Assembly: GCA_038727095.1 (NCBI GenBank)
Contig: JAVYWK010000033.1
Coordinates: 1 to 18,910 of the forward strand
Length of the DNA stretch: 18,910 nucleotides
Direction: 5' to 3'
Source: Thermofilaceae archaeon
Lineage (GTDB): Archaea; Thermoproteota; Thermoprotei; Thermofilales; Thermofilaceae
The notes beneath the pieces were generated by a model. That model worked only from the letters and a program-made list of their open reading frames with translations. It was not told the DNA's origin and ran no database searches. A program made the position numbers and the translations under genes. Below are positions 7,883 to 15,345 of this stretch, piece by piece (the stretch's first letter is position 1; each line of letters starts with the position of its first letter).

Positions 7883-7904
7883 CGGATGCTGCCAACCCCG
7901 GGGC

Positions 7905-8609
7905 GTGATTCCGCGGCTGGACTTGCACGTCCACAGCCAGTTTTCACCCTGCGCCAACGATGTGAGCATCGAGCGCGACGTAGACGCGGCTTTGGCTAAG
8001 GGGGTTCGTGTCATCGCCATCACGGATCACGGCACAGTCCCCTTCCCGCCATGGTTTGAGAACTACCTTCGAGAGGTGGAGCGGGCGCAGAAGAAGGTGG
8101 AGGGAAGATTAACTCTTCTGAAGGGCATGGAGGTCGACATAGTGGAGGGCGGTAGGCTGGCTGTTAGCGTGAGCCTGCTCAAGCAGCTAGACGTCGTTGT
8201 CGCCTCGCTTCATTCTATACCGGAGGGTACTGACGCGGTGGGCTACTGGAGGAGGAGCGTCATCAGAGCTATCGAGAGCGGCTTCGCGACGGTGATCGGG
8301 CATCCCACAGATGTGGGTTGGCGCAAGTTGAAGCCCAATCTTGAGGACGCGCTTGAGGTGCTCGACGTTGCGCGCTCGCATGGAGTCGCTGTGGAGCTCA
8401 ACTACCACCATCGAGATCCCGAACCGTGGTTCCTGCGCTTAGCAATCGAACGGAGCGTCCTACTCGTGCCGACATCCGACGCGCACAGCTTGCACGAGAT
8501 AGGCAACTTCTGGTGGCACGAGGAGAGGATTAGGTCTGCCGGATACGATCCATCTCACGTAAAGTGGCTGGATGAGGGCAGCTTAGCGCGTGCGCAGGTG
8601 CGCGTATGA
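7905..8609 (+). CDS. PHP-domain metallo-phosphoesterase (YcdX / PolX-PHP / histidinol-phosphatase-like)
   Basis: DLHVHS, ITDH, GMEVD, SLH, IGHP, VELN and SDAH metal motifs. Start moved from 7764 to the in-frame GTG at 7905: this fits the TATA spacing, puts HxH near the N-terminus and removes the overlap with nth. Confidence 0.9.
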   Translation: MIPRLDLHVHSQFSPCANDVSIERDVDAALAKGVRVIAITDHGTVPFPPWFENYLREVERAQKKVEGRLTLLKGMEVDIVEGGRLAVSVSLLKQLDVVVASLHSIPEGTDAVGYWRRSVIRAIESGFATVIGHPTDVGWRKLKPNLEDALEVLDVARSHGVAVELNYHHRDPEPWFLRLAIERSVLLVPTSDAHSLHEIGNFWWHEERIRSAGYDPSHVKWLDEGSLARAQVRV

Positions 8610-9826
8610 GGAACCCTCGTACAAGCGATAGGCACCCTGAAGATCGGGGAAGGGAGGTTTACGCGAGTATCGCCGCGCTCTACCTTGCCTACTTCTTCTC
8701 CTTCTTCCACAGAACAGTTACCGGTATACTTTCAGACGAAATGAGAGAGATCGCTGAACGATCGGGGTGGGACCCGGCTCTCCTCAGCATCACCGTCTCC
8801 TCTGCCTACTTCTACACCTACGCTGCCATGCAGATCCCGGCCGGTATCCTAGCCGACGCGCTTGGGGCGAGGAGGTACGCCGCGCTCAGCACATCACTAA
8901 TGGCCCTAGGTTCACTGCTATCCTCCGTTGCTTCACCGCTGCCCTTAATCGTTGGCCGCCTCCTCGTCGGCCTTGGAGCAGCCGCGATCTGGATCTCGAT
9001 GCAGAGGGTCATCGGAGTGAAAGTGGGGAAGGCTCGCGGTGGCCTGCTTACGGGTCTGGGTTTGATGGTGGGCGGTTTGGGCAACATTGCAGCAACGCTG
9101 CCGGCTCGACTCTTGCTCGTGAGGTTCGGTCTAAGTGGCCTATTCCTTTCGACGGGGCTTGCCTCGCTCCTCGCGTCAGTAGCGATCCTGCTCGCGGTGA
9201 ATGATGAGGGGCTAGGGCTAGACAGCGTGAAAGCTGGCCTTTCAGCCACGCTCAAGCAGTTGGGAAGCGTAGCGCGAACCCTCCATTCGCTCGCTCTAGC
9301 GGTAGCAGGCTTAGCCACGTACTCCGCTTACCTCGCCTTCATGTCGTACTGGGCGCCCCTGTACCTTGAGGAGTACACCCCTGTTACGGGGGATGCAGTG
9401 GCCAGCCTACTGCTTCTCGCGTCAATCTCCTTCACGGCTACCGTCCCGCTCGTCGGCTACGTCAGCGACGCACGGGGTAGAAGGAAGCCGATCCTGGTGG
9501 CGAGCTGCATCCTACACGGCGCAGCTTGGGCGTCGGCTGTCGTGCTGGCCAACGGTCCCCCTGAGCGCCTCATCCCGTACATGGTCCTACTCGGTATAAT
9601 CGCCGCCACCCACTCGATCATTTCACCCATGGCTAGGGAGCTATACAGGCCGGAGTTCTCGGGAACAACTCTCTCCTTCGTGAACGGCGTAACGTTCGCG
9701 GGGGTAGCCGTGTACCAGGCAGCAGGGTACGTTATCCGCGACCCTCTCCAAGCGTTAATGATGTTCTCGGCGATCGCCGCCGTTGCTACGGTGCTGACCC
9801 ACTTCGTGCGGGAGACGATGGATTAG
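8606..9826 (+). CDS. Major facilitator superfamily transporter
   Basis: About 12 hydrophobic helices; motif A in both halves (GILADALGARR, GYVSDARGRRK); ATGA overlap with the PHP gene. Confidence 0.92.
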   Translation: MRNPRTSDRHPEDRGREVYASIAALYLAYFFSFFHRTVTGILSDEMREIAERSGWDPALLSITVSSAYFYTYAAMQIPAGILADALGARRYAALSTSLMALGSLLSSVASPLPLIVGRLLVGLGAAAIWISMQRVIGVKVGKARGGLLTGLGLMVGGLGNIAATLPARLLLVRFGLSGLFLSTGLASLLASVAILLAVNDEGLGLDSVKAGLSATLKQLGSVARTLHSLALAVAGLATYSAYLAFMSYWAPLYLEEYTPVTGDAVASLLLLASISFTATVPLVGYVSDARGRRKPILVASCILHGAAWASAVVLANGPPERLIPYMVLLGIIAATHSIISPMARELYRPEFSGTTLSFVNGVTFAGVAVYQAAGYVIRDPLQALMMFSAIAAVATVLTHFVRETMD

Positions 9827-10544
9827 CCTGCTGAGAGCAGACCGGGCAGTCCAACCTCTTCCTCAAGCTAAACGTCTCCACGGTCGCTTCGGCCAAGTCC
9901 AAGTAGAATAGGCGACCTAGGAGGGGTTTTCCGAAGCCTGTCAACAGCTTCAACGCTTCGAAAGCCTCTGCAGCCCCCAGCACACCGGGGAGAGGCCCAA
10001 TGACCGGTATAGCTGATTTCTCAGGGGGTGCTCGGGGGAAGATGCATCTCAGGCAGGGCCCTTCGCCGGGTTTCACGACCGTCAACCACCCCGCAGCACC
10101 CTCGACAGCCGCGTGAACGAGGGGTTTCGCAGCTCGAACGCACGCTTCGTTGAACAGGAACCTGCTCGGCCAGTTGTCCAGGCAATCAACAACCACGTCA
10201 ACACCGCTCACGAGCCTCACTGCTTGTTCCACCGAGCTGAGCTTCTCTGCGATGGGCTCCACCTCCACCTCAGGGTTCAGCATGCGCAGCTTCTCCGCGG
10301 CCGACTCCACCTTCAGCCTTCCCACATCCCGATCCCAGTGGAGCACCTGCCTGTTCAAGTCGCTCTTCTCCACCCGGTCGTGATCGACAAGCACCAGCTT
10401 ACCCACTCCTGCAGCCGTGAGGTAGAGGGAGGCAGCTGAACCCAAACCACCAAGCCCGGCAACGAGCACTCTCGACGACGCAAGCGCTTCCTGAGCCTCT
10501 CCGCCCCAAACCATTATCTGCCTCAGGTACCGGCTAGCCGGCAA
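9786..10544 (-). CDS. ThiF/MoeB/E1-like adenylyltransferase
   Basis: RYLRQI, GLGGLG, DHDRVEKSDLNRQ, DCLDN and two Zn-binding CxxC motifs (CLRC, CPVC). TTG start with a 4-bp gap after the upstream stop. Confidence 0.93.
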   Translation of the reverse strand: MPASRYLRQIMVWGGEAQEALASSRVLVAGLGGLGSAASLYLTAAGVGKLVLVDHDRVEKSDLNRQVLHWDRDVGRLKVESAAEKLRMLNPEVEVEPIAEKLSSVEQAVRLVSGVDVVVDCLDNWPSRFLFNEACVRAAKPLVHAAVEGAAGWLTVVKPGEGPCLRCIFPRAPPEKSAIPVIGPLPGVLGAAEAFEALKLLTGFGKPLLGRLFYLDLAEATVETFSLRKRLDCPVCSQQANPSSPARSGSAP

Positions 10545-10548
10545 CCTG

Positions 10549-11658
10549 TCACACCCGCTGCCCGCGCCTCCTCATGGTCTCGAAGAGCTTTCCCATGTAG
10601 CCCCAAGCGCCAGAGGAGTCGAGCCCCCCGTCCCAGAAGACGATCAAGTCGTCGCCTCCTAGCCTCCTGACGATCAGCGCCTGCCGCACCCAATCGACAG
10701 CAGGATGCCCCCTGAGCTCCCACCCGATGATCATCACGGGCTTGGTCTTCGAGCCCCGAAGCTCCTCGAAAACCCCCTTGACCCAATGCTCGAGAGTGCG
10801 GTCGTCTGCAGTGTAGGCCATGAAGGTGAAGCAGTCGAACACCCCCCTTCTTCCCAGCTCTACCCAGTCGATGCCGTGAACCCTCCTGTTCCTCTCCCTG
10901 CTGACCTCCGTCGCCAGCGAGACTTCCAAGCCCGGCTTAACCGATTTTACCGCCTTCACGAGTTCGCAAGCCACTTCAGCGACAACCTCGCACTTGTACT
11001 CGATCCAGTAGCTGTAGTACCTACCGCCCTCCACGGCGTCGCTGGGCCACTCCAGATCCGTGATGCCGCGCTCCTCTAGGAAGCGCGTGAAGCGCCGGCG
11101 GTTCAGCTCATCGTAGCTGAACCACTCGCCGCAGTAACCGTAGCCGAAGTCGTCCTCGAAGTTAACCCCGTCCACACTGTACCGCGCCACTAGATCGACC
11201 AGCGCCCGCCTCCAGAAGTCCACGACTTCGGGGTGGGCAGGGTTCATCACGTAGAACCTCTCGCCGCCAGGACTGCACGGCCTCTCGAGCGTACTCCTAC
11301 CGTCAGGCCAGACTGCAGCCCAATCCCGATGCTTCTCCAGCAGAGACTTGTAGCCCATGAAGCCGAACCAGGCCCAAACCTTTAACCCCGCCTCGCGAGC
11401 CTTCTCGATGAGGTAGGCGAGGAGATCCTCCTCGCAGGCCTGTCCGCAGGGGAAGAACTCGGTCCTATACGAAGCTGTAACACCTTCAGGCCCCCGCCGC
11501 GGGTTCACAAACCAGATCAGCAGGTTGAAGCCCGAGCCGGCAGCCTTCTCGACGAGCGAATCCACGGCGTGCCTCGTATCAACGGAGCTGTAGACCCCGC
11601 GAATACCGAACAGCTCATGCTCGGACGCTTCACGAAGCAGTTGAAATAGCTCCCCCAT
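10549..11658 (-). CDS. Glycosyl hydrolase-like 10 (DUF187-type) TIM-barrel protein, no signal peptide
   Basis: DLLAYLIEKAREAGLKVWAWF, MNPAHPEVVDF...YSVDGVNFEDDFGY, VKSVKPGLEVS, DWVEL and FMAY match the GHL10 pattern as I recall it. GGGAGG ribosome-binding site at 11663-11668. Confidence 0.75.
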   Translation of the reverse strand: MGELFQLLREASEHELFGIRGVYSSVDTRHAVDSLVEKAAGSGFNLLIWFVNPRRGPEGVTASYRTEFFPCGQACEEDLLAYLIEKAREAGLKVWAWFGFMGYKSLLEKHRDWAAVWPDGRSTLERPCSPGGERFYVMNPAHPEVVDFWRRALVDLVARYSVDGVNFEDDFGYGYCGEWFSYDELNRRRFTRFLEERGITDLEWPSDAVEGGRYYSYWIEYKCEVVAEVACELVKAVKSVKPGLEVSLATEVSRERNRRVHGIDWVELGRRGVFDCFTFMAYTADDRTLEHWVKGVFEELRGSKTKPVMIIGWELRGHPAVDWVRQALIVRRLGGDDLIVFWDGGLDSSGAWGYMGKLFETMRRRGQRV

Positions 11659-11773
11659 GCGGCCTCCCGATCGGGTGGAGGGGCGGCCATTAAGCCTTAC
11701 GTGCTCAACAGGGTTTCGCGCACCAGGCTAGTGGACCACGCGCCTCGTCGAGGCGATCCCGCGTAGAGGCAGG

Positions 11774-11779
11774 TTAAAA
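11774..11779 (+). promoter_or_regulatory. TATA box (TTAAAA) of the P-loop NTPase gene
   Basis: 24-29 bp upstream of the GTG at 11803. Confidence 0.55.
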
Positions 11780-11802
11780 GGCTTCGCGGCGGGCGGAGTC
11801 GC

Positions 11803-12669
11803 GTGGCGTTAATTGTCCTCGTTGCTGGGCTTCTCCCCTACGATTCGGGTAAAACCTGGTTCACCACAGGTGCCGCGCTCGCAGCTAGAGAGAGGGGGCT
11901 TAGGGTTAGCGTCTTTAAACCGGTAGCCGCTCACAACCTCTGGTACAGCCCGAGAACCGTGAAGAAGAGCCTTGAGCTGGGCATGCTGGTGGGCAACGAT
12001 GTTCTGCTCTACTACGAGAAGGGTTTGGTTGGCGATTTAGGCGTCTCAAACCCCGTAGCCATAGCGACGGTACCACCCGATCCCTCCAAGTACTCCTCAA
12101 TCGATAGTTACATGGATGATTTTGGGGATGTTGGGAGGATAGCGGTGATCTCTAGAGTCTACGACTGTGGGAGGGGGCAGCATACCCATTATGTTCACGC
12201 GGAGAATCTCAGCAAAGCCGGTCGATGGGCCAGCCGCGTCATCGGGAGGATGCTTGCAGCCTTTAAGGCTGAGCAGCGCAGCTTTGCGGACTTAGCCGGC
12301 TATCTCTACTCGAGCAGCGCGGTTGACAACCTCGACCTTTGCTTGAAGAAGCTTGAGAGGGGGAGTGAAGTGGTGTTCGTTGAGAGCTTTAGCGACGCCT
12401 TCACACCCTACGGTGCTCTGCTGCGGTCGGTGGGTTTGATCGTGCTTGTCGCGCCCGGAGCTGTCTACGTCTACACGGACGTAGAAGGGCTGAGGACTGC
12501 TGCAGAAGAAGCTGTAAGACGGATTGGGTTGGGGGGTTACAGCAGCAGGTACGTTTTACGTCTCGCTCGACCAGTACTCTTCCTCGAAACCAGTCTCTCT
12601 CGGAAGCCAGCACCGAGGAGAACGCACAGGGAATTCGTGGAAAAGGTTTTAATGCCGAACCTTACATAA
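11803..12669 (+). CDS. Uncharacterised archaeal P-loop NTPase (BioD/CobQ-like SIMIBI class)
   Basis: N-terminal GLLPYDSGKT Walker A, VFKPV motif and VVFVES Walker-B-like strand. Confidence 0.8.
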   Translation: MALIVLVAGLLPYDSGKTWFTTGAALAARERGLRVSVFKPVAAHNLWYSPRTVKKSLELGMLVGNDVLLYYEKGLVGDLGVSNPVAIATVPPDPSKYSSIDSYMDDFGDVGRIAVISRVYDCGRGQHTHYVHAENLSKAGRWASRVIGRMLAAFKAEQRSFADLAGYLYSSSAVDNLDLCLKKLERGSEVVFVESFSDAFTPYGALLRSVGLIVLVAPGAVYVYTDVEGLRTAAEEAVRRIGLGGYSSRYVLRLARPVLFLETSLSRKPAPRRTHREFVEKVLMPNLT

Positions 12670-12739
12670 CTGATAGCTTAAGAGCGCCCCAGCGTTAACG
12701 ATGAACAGCGCTGAACCGCAGATACCGGAGTAGCAATCG

Positions 12740-12746
12740 TTTTTAA
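12740..12746 (+). promoter_or_regulatory. TATA box (TTTTTAA) of the GH4 gene
   Basis: 22-28 bp upstream of the GTG at 12768. Confidence 0.65.
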
Positions 12747-12767
12747 CCCCGCGCCCCGCAACGGCGC

Positions 12768-14288
12768 GTGGAAAAGCTCAAGATCGCTTTCATTGGAGCT
12801 GGAAGCGCTGTTTGGTCCAGCACGATCGTTATCGACCTTCTGATCAACGAGGGGTTGAGGAATAGGAAGCTGGACATCTGGTTAATGGACATTAGCGATG
12901 AGAGGCTCGACATAATCTACGGTTTCGCGAAGAGGTACGTTGAGGAAATGAGGTCGAACGCAGACGTGCACAGGACGAAGGATAGGCGTGAAGCCATCAG
13001 GGACGCTGACTTCGTCATCAACTCGGCGATGGCCGGTGGCCACGGCTACTACGAGCGCATGCGCGAAGTATCGGAGGAGCACGGCTACTACCGGGGTATC
13101 AACAGTGTGGAGTGGAACATGGTGAGCGACTACCACACGATCTGGGGCTACTACCAGTTCAAACTGGCCATGGAGATCGCGAGAGACATCGAGGAGCTAG
13201 CACCAGACGCTTGGTTCATCAATGTTGCGAACCCCGTCTTCGAGCTGACGACGCTTATAACGAGGGAGACAAAAGTCAAGCATATTGGGCTGTGTCACGG
13301 CCACCTAGGCTTCCTTAAGGCTGTGGAGGTTTTAGGTATCAGGTTGGCTGAGGACAAGCTCGGAGAAAGAGTGAACGCGCTCTGCGCAGCCGGCGATCCA
13401 AGGGGTTACGCGGCCCTCATGAAGGTGGTGGACCCAAGTGAGCTCGAAGTCGAAATGTCCGGTTTCAACCACGTCATCTGGCTGACCAAGTTCAAGTACG
13501 CGGGTGAGGACGCGTACCACTACATCGACGAGTGGGTCGAAAAGAACGCGGAGGAGTACTGGAGCGTGTGGCGCGAACACGTAACCAACCCCTTCGACAT
13601 AGACCTGTCGCCCGCAGCTGTGGACATGTACAGGACCTACGGGCTCCTCCCCGTCGGCGACACAGTGAGGGGTGGAACCTGGAAGTACCACTGGAACCTG
13701 AAGACGAAGCAGAAGTGGTACGGGCCGATCGGTGGGCCAGACTCTGAGATCGGATGGACGATGTACCTGACAGGGTTGAGGATGCGGCTTGAATCTTTCA
13801 AACGCGCGGTTGCAGATACTTCAACACCCTTGACCAGAAGGTTTCCACCGAGACCCAGCGGTGAGTCCCTCGTGGAGATCATCGAAGCGATCGTCAACGA
13901 CAGGCCGAAGGAGTACTACACCCTCACGCCACCCTTCCCCGGAGCCCCCTCGATACCGGTGCCGATTCAGGTTAACGTGCCCAACATGGGCGCTCTACCG
14001 GGGATACCCGACAACGTTGCGGTTGAAATTCCCGTGAAAATCGATGGTAAAGGGGTTCACAGAAGGCCGCTAACCCCGCTCTCCAGGAGGGTGATGAACT
14101 ACGTGATGCTGCCCAGGCTGATGCGCGCCGAGTGGGCGATCGAAGCCTTCCTTGAGGGTGGTAGGGACCACCTCTTCAACTGGCTGATAGTTGACCCCAG
14201 GACCAAGAGCAGCAAGCAGGTTGAGGAAACGATCGACGCTCTGCTAAAGCTGCCCGGAAACGAGGAGATGGCCAAGCACTACAGCTAG
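12768..14288 (+). CDS. Family 4 glycoside hydrolase (NAD+/Mn2+-dependent alpha-glucosidase/galactosidase, Thermotoga AglA-like)
   Basis: IGAGSA Rossmann motif, ADFVINSAMAGGH, GYYRGI...NMVSDY, ANPVFE, GLCHGH, GFNHVIW, LSPAAVDMY, GDTVR and DSEIGW. Confidence 0.93.
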   Translation: MEKLKIAFIGAGSAVWSSTIVIDLLINEGLRNRKLDIWLMDISDERLDIIYGFAKRYVEEMRSNADVHRTKDRREAIRDADFVINSAMAGGHGYYERMREVSEEHGYYRGINSVEWNMVSDYHTIWGYYQFKLAMEIARDIEELAPDAWFINVANPVFELTTLITRETKVKHIGLCHGHLGFLKAVEVLGIRLAEDKLGERVNALCAAGDPRGYAALMKVVDPSELEVEMSGFNHVIWLTKFKYAGEDAYHYIDEWVEKNAEEYWSVWREHVTNPFDIDLSPAAVDMYRTYGLLPVGDTVRGGTWKYHWNLKTKQKWYGPIGGPDSEIGWTMYLTGLRMRLESFKRAVADTSTPLTRRFPPRPSGESLVEIIEAIVNDRPKEYYTLTPPFPGAPSIPVPIQVNVPNMGALPGIPDNVAVEIPVKIDGKGVHRRPLTPLSRRVMNYVMLPRLMRAEWAIEAFLEGGRDHLFNWLIVDPRTKSSKQVEETIDALLKLPGNEEMAKHYS

Positions 14289-14423
14289 TCTGTTCTTCGC
14301 GGATTTCGGGTAAAACGTCCACGCGGTAACATTTTTCTCGGGCTGTAGATCGGGATCTCTTTCCAGGCTTTGCTGCTGTTGCATCCGCGTTAACCATTTT
14401 TGCCTACAGAGCAGTAGACGCGC

Positions 14424-15257
14424 GTGAAGGTTCTCGATTGCCACGTGCACGCGACTGGGGGAGAGACTTCTGAGGAGCTGGTGAGGGAAATGGACCGTTA
14501 CGGCATTGATGCGATCGTTCTCTTCTCCCCTTACCCTGGTGTATGCCGGGACGAGTACAGGGGAGCATTCGAGTACAGCTCCAGTATGCAGCGGGCTTCG
14601 GCAGAGCACGTAGCGAAGCTGCAGAGGGAGCACCCCGATCGCATCATCGGCTTCCTCTGGCTTGAACCTAGGCTGGCTGAAGCACTCGAAATCCTCGAGT
14701 GGGCGATCTGCAGCTTAGAGCTCCGCGGGGTCAAGATGATACCCTACCACTGGTACCCCTACGATGAGAAGCTATTGAGGATCTACGAGAAGATAGAGGA
14801 GCTAAGGGTGCCTATAATCTTCCACTCCGGCATCCTCTTTGGTTTTGAAGACTCGTCCCGCTACTGCAGGCCGGTCAACTACGAGGTGCTCATCAACTTT
14901 CCGCGCCTAAAGTTCGCCCTAGCCCACGTGAGCTGGCCGTGGATCGATGAGTGCATAGCCCTCTGGGGCCGCTTCAGGTACTCGGCCGAGAGGACTGGGA
15001 GGGATGTACAAATGTTCATCGATGCAACACCAGGCACTCCGCAAGCCTACAGGAGGGAGGCTTTCGCCAAGTTGATTGCATACGGCGCCCACGCTCACGT
15101 GATGTTTGGCAGCGATAGTACAGCGCGGAATCTGGCTTACTCAGCTTCGGTCAGAGAGAGGGATGTGAGGATGCTTAGAGAAGAACTGGGTATGCCCGAC
15201 AGCGTTATAGAAGCTTACTTGTACTCTAACGCAGCCCGCTTCCTAGGGTTAAAGTAG
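14424..15257 (+). CDS. Amidohydrolase-superfamily (Amidohydro_2) metal-dependent TIM-barrel enzyme
   Basis: DCHVH, RGVKM, IIFHSG, FPRLKFALAHVSWPW, MFGSD and NAARFL. Confidence 0.9.
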   Translation: MKVLDCHVHATGGETSEELVREMDRYGIDAIVLFSPYPGVCRDEYRGAFEYSSSMQRASAEHVAKLQREHPDRIIGFLWLEPRLAEALEILEWAICSLELRGVKMIPYHWYPYDEKLLRIYEKIEELRVPIIFHSGILFGFEDSSRYCRPVNYEVLINFPRLKFALAHVSWPWIDECIALWGRFRYSAERTGRDVQMFIDATPGTPQAYRREAFAKLIAYGAHAHVMFGSDSTARNLAYSASVRERDVRMLREELGMPDSVIEAYLYSNAARFLGLK

Positions 15258-15345
15258 CCCGCCCGATGCAACGATGGAGAGTCCAGTGTTTAACCCCGTG
15301 GGCAGAGAGAATTCCGATTAATCTTTTATACATGCAAGGTAGTTG

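Noticed and set aside
7764-7904. N-terminal 47 codons of the ORF-track PHP protein
   Set aside because: They overlap nth head-to-head, contain a TATA box and show no PHP similarity. GTG at 7905 is the better start.
8767-9318. 145-aa and 166-aa ORFs overlapping the MFS gene
   Set aside because: Shadow ORFs with no motifs, promoter or ribosome-binding site. The same applies to the other short nested ORFs in the track.
14244-14633. 129-aa minus-strand ORF across the GH4-amidohydrolase spacer
   Set aside because: Overlaps both real genes in antisense and has no recognisable domain.
15289-15298. TTTAACCCCG identical to the GH4 TATA region (12742-12751), considered as a shared regulon motif
   Set aside because: The same 10-mer occurs inside a CDS (11381-11390), so it is not specific. 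It may still be an ordinary TATA box for the URO-D-like gene.
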